Positions 43,202 through 52,864 of a DNA stretch of 64,000 bases are shown one piece after another. Positions within the stretch are counted from its first letter, which is position 1, and each line of letters starts with the position of its first letter. Source of the stretch: a candidate division FCPU426 bacterium (GTDB taxonomy: Bacteria > Oederibacteriota > Muellerivitia > Muellerivitales > Muellerivitaceae); contig CAVYSE010000018.1 of assembly GCA_963771075.1 (NCBI GenBank), forward strand, positions 32,001 through 96,000, in the 5' to 3' direction. Below the pieces are notes generated by a model, which did not search any database, was not told where the DNA came from, and saw only the letters and a list, made by a program, of their open reading frames with translations. The position numbers and the translations under genes were made by a program.

Positions 43202-44495
43202 AATTATGGCCGCTGCAATCGCAATTCCTTTCTTGTTATTTATGATGACAAAAAGGGTTTATGCATTATTTTTTGTAATCCTGTTGACCACTGAATTTTT
43301 TTATATCCAAGTGGGAGGGGGCGTTGCTCACCCTTATCATTTTCTTTCCCTAATATATTTGTTAGTCTTATTTGAGAAAATTCCGAAACTCTTTAAATCA
43401 AAAGTTTTTTTGGCTTTGATTGCCTTCGTCGCTATTAATCTAGGTGCTGTGGCGCTTTCAGATACTCCGGACAAGGCTTTTGCCAGCTTCCTCTCCCTAT
43501 GTGCAAATATAGGAGTTTCCATGGCAACTGCGCTCATTCTACTTGCGGGGAAAATCAAAATATCTTCTTTAAAAAGAACCATAATTGGAGTGACTTTGAT
43601 AAGTATTCCGTTTGGGATTCTCCAAATCTTTGCCTTTCGATTTGCTGGCATCGTTTTGGCCCTGTCATCAGAACAAGTCAATCAGATTTCTCTCGGTTTT
43701 GGTCCCGCATTTCGCAATGAAGCCAACACCTTTGGGAAATATATGGTTTTTCCCTTTTTGTTATTTCTTCCAGAATATATTGAATCTAAACGCATCAAAA
43801 AAATTAACCTAATTATTTTGGCTTTTATTATTGGCATCTTGATGAATTTTACTCGCACTTCGATCTATGGAATGGGAATAACTTTTTTATTCATTCTTAT
43901 CTGGTACCTACGCAAGAACAAATTTTCCTTATTAATCCAAAAAGGCCTGAAAATAGGCCTGGTTATTGCCTTCGGCATTTTTTTGATGCTCAGTGGAGTT
44001 CTCAAAACAAGCGAGTACGCTCAATACAAAATTAATAACTTTTTCAATCAAGAAGAAATTACAAGTGGAGGGTCGAGTAACTATCGCATTAACTCCATGC
44101 AACTTATTCTTGACGATTCATTATCGAGCACTAAAAAAACGGTGATCGGAAATGGTTGGGGTCAGACACCTTATGACACCAACACTGAATTAAAAACCGG
44201 CGCCGGGGATATCGTTGATTTAATGGGTTATTCAGGAATTTTGGGTGTTTTTGGCTATCTTTTCTATACGTGGTTGGCTTTCAAATCAGCTAGTACTGTC
44301 TCTGCTTCCAGCCAGGATCAAGAGAAAGCGATATTCGCTACAGGTGTCACTTTTGCGCTTGTAGGGATCTTTTGCACAGCCCAATTTGCCAGTTATTTGA
44401 TCGCCCCCGAGTACTGGATGTTGATTGGTTTATGTATTTTTTTAAGTGTTCCGGTAAAAGAACCCGGATTGCCCATTCTGATACGGAATAGGTGA
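43194..44495 (+). CDS. Wzy polymerase / O-antigen ligase-like membrane protein
   Basis: Multiple TM helices; EAN.FG, TRT, S..YR, IGNGWG. Confidence 0.75.
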   Translation: MLEIMAAAIAIPFLLFMMTKRVYALFFVILLTTEFFYIQVGGGVAHPYHFLSLIYLLVLFEKIPKLFKSKVFLALIAFVAINLGAVALSDTPDKAFASFLSLCANIGVSMATALILLAGKIKISSLKRTIIGVTLISIPFGILQIFAFRFAGIVLALSSEQVNQISLGFGPAFRNEANTFGKYMVFPFLLFLPEYIESKRIKKINLIILAFIIGILMNFTRTSIYGMGITFLFILIWYLRKNKFSLLIQKGLKIGLVIAFGIFLMLSGVLKTSEYAQYKINNFFNQEEITSGGSSNYRINSMQLILDDSLSSTKKTVIGNGWGQTPYDTNTELKTGAGDIVDLMGYSGILGVFGYLFYTWLAFKSASTVSASSQDQEKAIFATGVTFALVGIFCTAQFASYLIAPEYWMLIGLCIFLSVPVKEPGLPILIRNR

Positions 44496-44499
44496 GTAA

Positions 44500-45741
44500 A
44501 TGTACAAAATATTGGTTTCCGCATACGCTTGTGAACCGGGCAGAGGAAGCGAAGGAGAGATAGGTTGGAGTATTGTCCACGAGTTGTCTAAACATCACAA
44601 TGTATGGGTTATCACCCGGGCCAATAACAAAGTTGTCCATGACGCTGCTTTTGTCCAAGAAAAGAAACCTAAAAATCTTTTTTTTCTCTATTACGACACC
44701 CCCAAATGGTTCCGTTGGTTCAAAAAAGGGAAACGCTTTTTCTTGATCTACTATTATCTATGGCAATTAGGTTCCATATTTCAGGCTCGCAAATTTTTAA
44801 AAACACAAAAAATCGATATCGTGCACCACTTAACCGGCGGGATGGATTGGATGCCGTCAGGGCTTTCCTTTTTAGGCCTTCCTTTTTTATGGGGGCCTGT
44901 TGGAAGCGAGAATATTCATCCTGTGATCTTCGATTCCCTTCCTTTTACTCTTCGGATAAAGGAAACATTTCGTAAATTGGTCCAAAACCTCGGCAGACAT
45001 GTGGACCCTTTTGTAAGAGTGACCGGGAATAAGGCTAAAATCATCCTTTCCCACACCCCCCATAATCTCCCCTCCCGCAATCAAAATAAAATCCTCCCTT
45101 ACATGCAAACCGGAATAAGCCCAACGGGTCGGTTTGTAAAAATGAAAGTTTCTTTTGAGCGAGGCGATGGCTTTTCCGTGGTATATGCCGGTGAACTCAT
45201 CCATTGGAAAGGCGCCTCTTTTGCAATAGATGCTTTTCTCAACTTTGCTCGTAGCAACAAGCGGGCACGTTTGAAGATGTTTGGGGATGGACCGTTGCGC
45301 CGGCAACTTCAGCAAAAGGTCGGAAAAAGCGGTTTGGGGGGGCAGGTGGAGTTCCGCGGTAAGGTTCCAATGGATGTTCTGATCGAGGAATTAGACCAAG
45401 GAGATGTGTTTCTTTATCCTTCCTACCATCATGGTTTGGCAACGGTGGTACTCCAGGCGATGCTTACGGGATTGCCGGTGATCTGCCTTGAAGGTGATGC
45501 GATTGGGCGCACCATCGGTTCAGAATGCGGAATAACTGTTCCCTTGAATAAACACGAAGATTTTATTCATGGCCTTTCCGAAGCATTATCACTGATACAT
45601 TCTGACGAATCCTTAAGGGTTGCTTTGGCGAAACGCGGTAGAGAAGTTGCAATAAATACTTATTCTTATCAAACCATTGGTGCAGGGTATGATGATATTT
45701 ATCGTAAGCTTTCCGAAAAGACAGGCGACGGGAAACCATAA
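44500..45741 (+). CDS. GT4 glycosyltransferase
   Basis: SAYACEPGRGSE; WKG; FLYPS. Confidence 0.9.
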   Translation: MYKILVSAYACEPGRGSEGEIGWSIVHELSKHHNVWVITRANNKVVHDAAFVQEKKPKNLFFLYYDTPKWFRWFKKGKRFFLIYYYLWQLGSIFQARKFLKTQKIDIVHHLTGGMDWMPSGLSFLGLPFLWGPVGSENIHPVIFDSLPFTLRIKETFRKLVQNLGRHVDPFVRVTGNKAKIILSHTPHNLPSRNQNKILPYMQTGISPTGRFVKMKVSFERGDGFSVVYAGELIHWKGASFAIDAFLNFARSNKRARLKMFGDGPLRRQLQQKVGKSGLGGQVEFRGKVPMDVLIEELDQGDVFLYPSYHHGLATVVLQAMLTGLPVICLEGDAIGRTIGSECGITVPLNKHEDFIHGLSEALSLIHSDESLRVALAKRGREVAINTYSYQTIGAGYDDIYRKLSEKTGDGKP

Positions 45742-45742
45742 C

Positions 45743-46726
45743 ATGCCAAAACAGAATTTGCCGATTTCGGTTGTAATTTGCGCTTATAACGCGGAAAAAT
45801 ATCTAGAAGGATCCCTACAAAACATTCGCGAACAAACCTACCGAAATCTTGAAATTCTTGTTATCGATGATGCATCTACTGATGGAACAGGCTCGATTGC
45901 TCGAGCCATTGCCAAAAAGGATAAGCGTATACGCATAATCAGGCTTAAGAGAAACGGCGGTATTGCTCACGCACGCCAGATCGGTTTGGAAAAGGCTTGT
46001 CGTGATTGGCTTCTCTTTTTTGATGCTGACGATATTGCCTTACCGGCAATGATCGAAAGGCAAGTTGACGTTCTGAAAAGTGACAAAAATATTATCGGAG
46101 TCTCGACCTTTTCATACTTTGTGGGTGAAGACGAGAAAATCATCGCCGAGCAAAGGGTCGGCATTAAAACAAAGGATGACTTTTTCAAAAAATATACCGA
46201 AAAGAAGCTGATGTTCTTGCTTCCAAACACTCTCTTTTCAAAAAAGCTCGCAATAAAGGTCGGCGGATACCGGCTGAAGGGATTCCCCGATTCATCGTCT
46301 GTCCGATTCCAAGATTTCAGTGAAGACGTTGACCTCTGGTGTCGTCTTTCGGACCTTGGTTCAGAGGGAAAATATCTAGTTACGGTGTCAGAACCCCTTT
46401 TTAAATATCGAAAAACCATGGGTTCCCTATCCACGGCGAATGTATTCCACATGCAGGAAAAAATGAGATGGATAAAAGATTGTCTTGTACACAGGAGAAG
46501 CAACGTTCCAGAAAGGTCATTTGACAACTATCGTAAAGAGATCACTTTTATAGACAAACTTAGCAATCTCCGTTCCGATTGCGCCGCCTACTGCTACAAG
46601 CGGATGGCATTTTATTATTTACGTCGTCAGTATTTACTGGCAGCACCTCTCTTTGCCTTCGTTTTATCCCTTGATCCGGTTTTTATTTTTCAGAAGTTGA
46701 AGACGCAGAAGATTAAGGTGTCCTAA
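45743..46726 (+). CDS. GT2 glycosyltransferase
   Basis: IDDASTD, FDADD, EDVDLW. Confidence 0.9.
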   Translation: MPKQNLPISVVICAYNAEKYLEGSLQNIREQTYRNLEILVIDDASTDGTGSIARAIAKKDKRIRIIRLKRNGGIAHARQIGLEKACRDWLLFFDADDIALPAMIERQVDVLKSDKNIIGVSTFSYFVGEDEKIIAEQRVGIKTKDDFFKKYTEKKLMFLLPNTLFSKKLAIKVGGYRLKGFPDSSSVRFQDFSEDVDLWCRLSDLGSEGKYLVTVSEPLFKYRKTMGSLSTANVFHMQEKMRWIKDCLVHRRSNVPERSFDNYRKEITFIDKLSNLRSDCAAYCYKRMAFYYLRRQYLLAAPLFAFVLSLDPVFIFQKLKTQKIKVS

Positions 46727-48102
46727 TGCCAAGCCCCCGCAATATCACAAGTGATTTCCTGACTCATCTTTTCGCGGAATATAGAAAGCAACGCGTCGAA
46801 TATTGCCTTCTGAGGAACTATAAGTCGATCCCGGATCGGATAGAGTCATCGGACGTTGACATTCTTATTTCTCCCTCATTCAAAAGGAAAAATCGGACTA
46901 TTATTTTTAAGCTGGCCAAGAAATACGGGGCCATTATCTACAACTATTATGTCGATGAACGATTCGAACAGTTCTTTTTATCCAAGCGGATTTCTCCTGG
47001 CGATTTGTTCGAACTGAAAGTGGATTTCTTTTTCGATGCTGAAATTTATGGTGTTCGTCTTATTTCCGGTAAAGAAATCTTGGATTCCAAGGTTTCCTAT
47101 AAGAATTTTTACATCGCCAATGATATTTTCCGGGTTCTTGACAAGTGGTTGTTCGTCCATCTTCTCGGTTCACCCCTGCCGCTTAAGTATCATGCTGAAT
47201 TCAAAAGAATTTTCATTCGAAACCGCAAATCCCTTGATTCTATTCTTTCAAAATTATTGGGCAATAAAACAGGAACCGTACTGTGTTCCCTAATTTGCTC
47301 TAAAGGGTTTTCTAATTTGCCGAGAATGAATAAAGGAGCTTTGTTGACCATCCTCTTTAGGGTTGCTCTATATTCACCATTTTTCCATCTCCGGCATCTT
47401 CCCCTTTTCTTTTTCTATCGCCTCAAACATTTCATCTTTCCCAAAGGCGAATTCGTCTCGGTTAGCGGTCCGGATGGAAGTGGCAAATCAACCGTTTTGG
47501 AAAGTACAAAAAAGCCACTCGAACGGTTATTTAGATCACGATCCGGCAATCATGGTCATTTTCGGCCTAATTGGTTACCGAGGATCGCAAACGTAGCAAA
47601 AACAGCAGGTGTTTTATCAAAGGTGGATGAGGCTTATGCCTCTCCCCATAGGGGAAAGCCTTCTGGTTTTCTTGGGTCGCTCTTCCGATTTTCCTACTAC
47701 CTGACAGACTATATCTTTGGCTATTTTCTTAAAATTAGGCCTGCGCTGGTAAGACGGGAGCTAGTGCTATATGACCGTTACTATTTCGACATGGTTGCCG
47801 ACCAAGGCCGTTCAAGAATTTTATTGCCGTTATGGATCCGAAAAATGGCCCTGTGGTTTATCCCTTTACCAAACACCGCTTTTTTTATACATGCCCCGTC
47901 TGCAATCATTCGAAAAAGGAAGAAAGAACTATCGTTGGAAAAAATCGAACAACTAAATGCTTACTACTTAAAAATGGCCGAAACCTCCACTTTAACAACT
48001 CTGGAGAATGATACTGCCGTGGATATTGCTGCTTCTAAATTGGTGGATACAGTTATCTATCGAAGGAGAAAGAGGCTAAAGCTTGATAGGCTTTATCAAT
48101 GA
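46726..48102 (+). CDS. Nucleotidyltransferase-like plus thymidylate-kinase-like P-loop protein
   Basis: LRNY..SDVDIL; GPDGSGKST; YDRY. Confidence 0.7.
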   Translation: MPSPRNITSDFLTHLFAEYRKQRVEYCLLRNYKSIPDRIESSDVDILISPSFKRKNRTIIFKLAKKYGAIIYNYYVDERFEQFFLSKRISPGDLFELKVDFFFDAEIYGVRLISGKEILDSKVSYKNFYIANDIFRVLDKWLFVHLLGSPLPLKYHAEFKRIFIRNRKSLDSILSKLLGNKTGTVLCSLICSKGFSNLPRMNKGALLTILFRVALYSPFFHLRHLPLFFFYRLKHFIFPKGEFVSVSGPDGSGKSTVLESTKKPLERLFRSRSGNHGHFRPNWLPRIANVAKTAGVLSKVDEAYASPHRGKPSGFLGSLFRFSYYLTDYIFGYFLKIRPALVRRELVLYDRYYFDMVADQGRSRILLPLWIRKMALWFIPLPNTAFFIHAPSAIIRKRKKELSLEKIEQLNAYYLKMAETSTLTTLENDTAVDIAASKLVDTVIYRRRKRLKLDRLYQ

Positions 48103-50548
48103 AAAGTGAAATAGTTTTTATTCATTTACTTAACGACTTCTCAGGAAGCCCCAAGATACTCAGAGAAGTCATAGATATCGTTGGTAAAAGACAGATAAAC
48201 GCGAAACTTTATATCGGTAGTTCAGGCGAAGGGGTTCTTTCCAATTGCGGCATTCCGACGACCCGTTACTGGTATCACAGATCCAGGCATAGGATACTAA
48301 CCCTTTTCAACTATTTCTTTAGTCAAATCATCCTCTTCCATAAGCTTCTTTTTGATTGTTCCATGGACAAGAATTCGGTCATCTATGTGAATACCTTGCT
48401 CCCATTCGGCGCGGCACTTTATGGACGATTGACGGGAAAGAAGATCATCTATCACATTCACGAGATATCCATCACCCCCTCAACGCTCAAATACCTGTTA
48501 ACTGGCATTGCCAGGAAAACATCCTCTTTAAATCTATATGTATCAAACGCACATATGACGGCCTTGCCTCTCCCTGGGCCCCCTACAAAACGTGTATACA
48601 ACTCGCTCGATACTAATTTCATTCAGAACGCCATCAAAAACCCTTACACAGTTCAGTACGAAGGGAAATTCAATGTATTACTTATTGCCTCATTACGTGA
48701 TTACAAAGGAATTCCCGAACTTCTTGAATTAGCTTCTGGTTTACTCGCGAATAGCGATATTCATTTTCATCTTGTGGTGAATGACGACGAGCATCATATC
48801 GATCAGTATTTTTCAGGGAAGCCGGTTCCTTCGAACTTGACGGTTCATCCCCGGACTTCGGATACAACCCCTTTTTATCGAAAAGCCAATCTGGTATTGA
48901 ACCTTTCACGAGTTGACGAGTGGGTGGAAACATTCGGGTTAACGGTTCTTGAGGCCATGACATTCGGAATACCGGTCATCGTTCCCCCGGTGGGAGGCCC
49001 AGCGGAGCTTGTCAAAGATGGAGTCCAGGGTTTCCAAGTTGATTCACGTGATTCCGTGCTATTGAAAGAAAAAGTGCTGTTACTTTACAAAGACAAGCCC
49101 TTGTGCCAGAGGATGTCCTCTGCCGGTCGATCACGATCCGCAGAATTTTCACCGGAAGTTTTCACTAAAAATATCCTCCCGGCCATTGATGAGGTTCGAG
49201 AAAACATGGCGGATAATAACCGGCTAAAATTGGCCATTCTTGGAACCCGGGGAATCCCGGCCCGCTATGGAGGTTTTGAGACCTTCGCCGAGGAATTGGC
49301 CCAACGACTCGTTCCTAAAGGAATAGAAGTTACGGTTTTCTGTGAATCCGGAAACGGTCCTCAACTCATTGAATACAAAGGGATCAAGCTCGTATATCTT
49401 CCCGCTTCCAAATTGGGCCCTTTAACGACGATCCTTTTTGATCTTCGCTGTCTCTGGCATGCTCGCAGATCCTTTGACTTGGTCTACATGCTGGGTTATG
49501 GAGCCGCTCCCTTTTGCGTCATTCCCAGGTTCTGGGGCAGTAGGGTTTGGATCAACGTGGATGGGATCGAATGGGCAAGGGCCAAATGGAATGCCTTCGC
49601 AAAGTTTTACTTCAAGCTCATGGAACTCTTTTCTTTGTGGACCGCCGATCGGATCATTGCCGATGCGGAAGGTATCAAGGCCCATCTTCGGTCCCGCCAC
49701 CACTGGTTGCCTCCCTGCACCGTGATCCCCTATGGAGCGCCCGTTATTGACGTGGCGCCGGACAAAAACCTGCTCAAGGAATGGGATCTGAACCCCCGTG
49801 ACTACTATCTGGTGGTCGCGCGCCTGGAGCCCGAAAACTACATTCTGGAAATTATCGAAGGATATAAAAGTGCCGATACTTCCACTCCTCTGGTGGTGGT
49901 CGGCGATCATCAAGCCAACACCGCCTATATGAAGAAGCTTTTGGCATTAGCCTGTCCAAATATCCGGTTCATCGGTGGGGTTTACGATAAGGTCAAACTT
50001 CAGGCCCTTCGTTTTCATTCCGAAACCTATTTCCACGGGCATTCCGCAGGTGGGACCAATCCTTCCCTCCTGGAGGCTTTGGGCTGTGGCAACCTCGTCA
50101 TCGCTCACGACAATCCGTTCAATCGCGAAGTGGCTGGTGATCTTGGTTTTTATTTCAGGTCAAAAGAGGATATTCCGGAATTACTCAAAAAAATCGGCTC
50201 CATTCCCCCCGATAAGAGGGAAAGTCTTGCCCAGCAAGCCAAGTCCCGGATGAGGGATAAGTATGATTGGGACCAAATCGCGGAAAGATACAAAGCGCTT
50301 TTGGAAGAGGACAAGGACGTAAAACAAAAAACGAACCGTCCTTTTCTGAAAATTGCTTATTTTTGTTTGGCGCTCTTGATTCTCCAGGTTAGTTATTTCC
50401 TCTCTATTATTTTTTCAACTTCGATCCTCCCCGATAAACCCGGCGCAGTTGTCGTATTTGGTGGTGGAAGCAACCGGGCGGTGGAAGCCGTCCAAGTGGC
50501 CAAGACAACCAATAGTACAAACCTGGTCGTTTCGGATAATCAGCACAC
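48099..50548 (+). CDS. GT4-GT4 fusion plus start of a YdcF/DUF218-like domain, cut by the mini-element
   Basis: ETFGLTVLEAM; second GT begins MADNN..GTRGIPARYGGFETF at 49206; TM then AVVVFGGG..R; frame runs into the element to a stop at 50708. Confidence 0.8.
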
Positions 50549-50983
50549 AACAATGGGGTCAAGTCTTCATTTTATAGTAACTATTCCAACCGCTTCTTCC
50601 TGCGCTAATGTTGTAAAATGGGCCATCGCGTATCCATTGTTCACGAGGTGGGCTAAAAGCACAAACACCTGGATGTGCCCAAATACCAGAAACAGGCAAT
50701 TAAATTGAAACCGGAAGAGGTACTGGCGAAAGTAGCTAAAATCCATGGGGAAAAGTCGGGTGAGATATTGAAGGCTGGAAAAAGGGAGTCGGAAGCACGG
50801 GACGCGGCCATTTATTTGATGAAACGGAAATCGGGGATGAGTTCAATGGAAATTGGGGAAAAGATGGGCGTGGGTGCCAGCGCGGTGGGGAATCGGATAG
50901 CGATGGTAAAGAAGCGGATGGAGGGAGAGACACGGTTCAAGGCTCGGATAGATAATATAAAATGAAGACTTGACCCCATTGTT
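50549..50983. mobile_element. 435-bp mini-element with 28-bp perfect terminal inverted repeats, copy 1
   Basis: AACAATGGGGTCAAGTCTTCATTTTATA at both ends, inverted; identical copy at 63540-63974. Confidence 0.92.
50675..50965 (+). CDS. DnaA-C-terminal-like HTH fragment
   Basis: EARDAAIYLM..SGMS..EIG..MG..SAV pattern, seen at the C-terminus of some Y1/RAYT-like transposases; stop lies inside the right TIR. Confidence 0.65.
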   Translation: MPKYQKQAIKLKPEEVLAKVAKIHGEKSGEILKAGKRESEARDAAIYLMKRKSGMSSMEIGEKMGVGASAVGNRIAMVKKRMEGETRFKARIDNIK

Positions 50984-50984
50984 C

Positions 50985-51541
50985 TTTATTTGGAGCTATG
51001 ACTTTGTGGCGGATCGAACGAGTGATACCCGGTCGTTGAGGTTTTTGACGGTGATAGACGAGTTCACGAGGGAGAACTTGGCTTTACCAGTACAGAGAAA
51101 GTTTACGGCAGATGACGTGCAGGCGACGCTGGCGGAGCTGTTCATCCAACGCGGAGTACCGGAATACATCCGCTCCGACAACGGCCCGGAGTTCACCGCG
51201 GAGAGGGTGAAGGATTGGCTGCCAAAGGTGGGAGTGAAGACCCTGTTCATTGAACCGGGAAGCCCTTGGGAGAACGGCTACAACGAGAGCTTCAACGGAA
51301 AATTCAGGGATGAACTGCTGAACGGCGAGTTGTTCGATACGGTGTGGGAAGCACGAGTGATCGCCGAAAGGTGGAGGAAGGAGTACAATACAAAACGGCC
51401 ACACAGTTCTTTGGGGTACCGGCCACCGGCCCCGGAGGCGGTCGCCATGGGGCCCAACAGCAACTTCAGGCCCATGTCGACCTCAACAAACTGAGTCTAT
51501 GGTGTGAGATTAGCGGTGGTACTAAAACCGGGGGCAGGTCA
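50985..51541 (+). pseudogene. IS3-family remnant: integrase core and right end only
   Basis: WSYDFV, IRSDNGPEF, PGSPWENGYNESFNG, RPHSSLGY; end ...GGGGCAGGTCA; 5' part missing. Confidence 0.88.
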
Positions 51542-52864
51542 ACAGACCATTGGCTTGGTACATTCAAAGCTTGTTCCTCGACTTGATGTCTCGGAACAGA
51601 AGTATCAGGCCACCTTTTCAAAGAAGTCCGTGATGGATCGATGGGATAAGGGACTTCAAGCGTTGATCGGCTGACATTTGTTGGGCGAATTATTCCTCGC
51701 CAACCCCTTTGGAAAACTTTTTCCCTCCCGGATGCGTTTTTTTCTTGAAGGCCCGGCTTCCTCCGGTTTATTTTCACATCAATTGAAAGGGTACCCGATG
51801 ACTTGTGGTCATCGGGCTAGGGGAGAACCCAAGACAGCACTTGGCGGATAACTGTTAGCTTATCGCTAACGGCTACCAGCAAACCGCTAATGGCTATATT
51901 TGGAGGTTCCCCCATGGAATCAGCACAATCACCCGTTGGTCCTTCGGACCAGATGCCCTATCCCCTCAACCAAATCGTGATGGTTCCCATCGACGACCTG
52001 TGCGACCCGCCTTGGGACCCCCGGCCCGTCGTGGATGAGGGTCCCCTCCAGCTTCTCGTGGACTATATCGCTGGGGAAGGTTACACCCCTCCCATCCTGG
52101 CTTGGGTGGGGGATGGCCGAAAACCCTGGCCGGTGCTTTCCGGCAAACGCCGCCGATTGGCAAATCAACGGTTGGGGAAAACCGAAATCGCGACGATCTT
52201 CTTGGATTGCTCCGAAGAACGGGCAAAAGACCTGACTCAATCCACCAACGAGGACGATAAGCCCTATTGGCTGGGTTCTTGTATCCAAACCGAAACCAGG
52301 TTAGCGGAATTTGGTGAAAATTATGAGATCCTTGGAAAACGGATTGGAAAGACAAAATCCTGGGTTTCGAGAGCGATTTCGTTAACGAAATTACTTAGCA
52401 ATACTTCTCGGAAGATGATTTTCGACCAATATTTAAACGCAGTTGCGAATCGCAACTCAGTTCCAAAAAAAGAAGAAAATCAGGAAACGATCAGCGTAAA
52501 AAAGGGAAGAAAGGCGCAAAAAGAGGAAAATTTAGACGACAAACAATGGTTTTTGTTGGAATCGGTCGCTCTTGAATTATTGCCCCTTTTTAGGGGCCGG
52601 CCGGTGATAGAAGCCGTCCGGCTCGCCGATCAGGTGGTACCTGTCGTTCTTTCCCAAGAATTGGACGCGAAGGGCGTCGCCAAATTGGTTGGTATGTTGA
52701 ACAAGGGCCACGAGATATCCGACTTTATGGAACTCAACCTGAAGGGACCTGCGAAATCCCAATCCGGGGGCGCCACGGCAAAGGTTCATCATGCCGAGGG
52801 GGCTGATCCCGGTAATGGATCAGCACACCCAAAGAGTGACCCTCGGCTTGAGGCCTCGGGTCAG
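51542..52864 (+). repeat. 1.32-kb direct duplication, partner at 62213-63535
   Basis: Constant offset 10671 bp; about 8 substitutions by eye. Confidence 0.95.
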
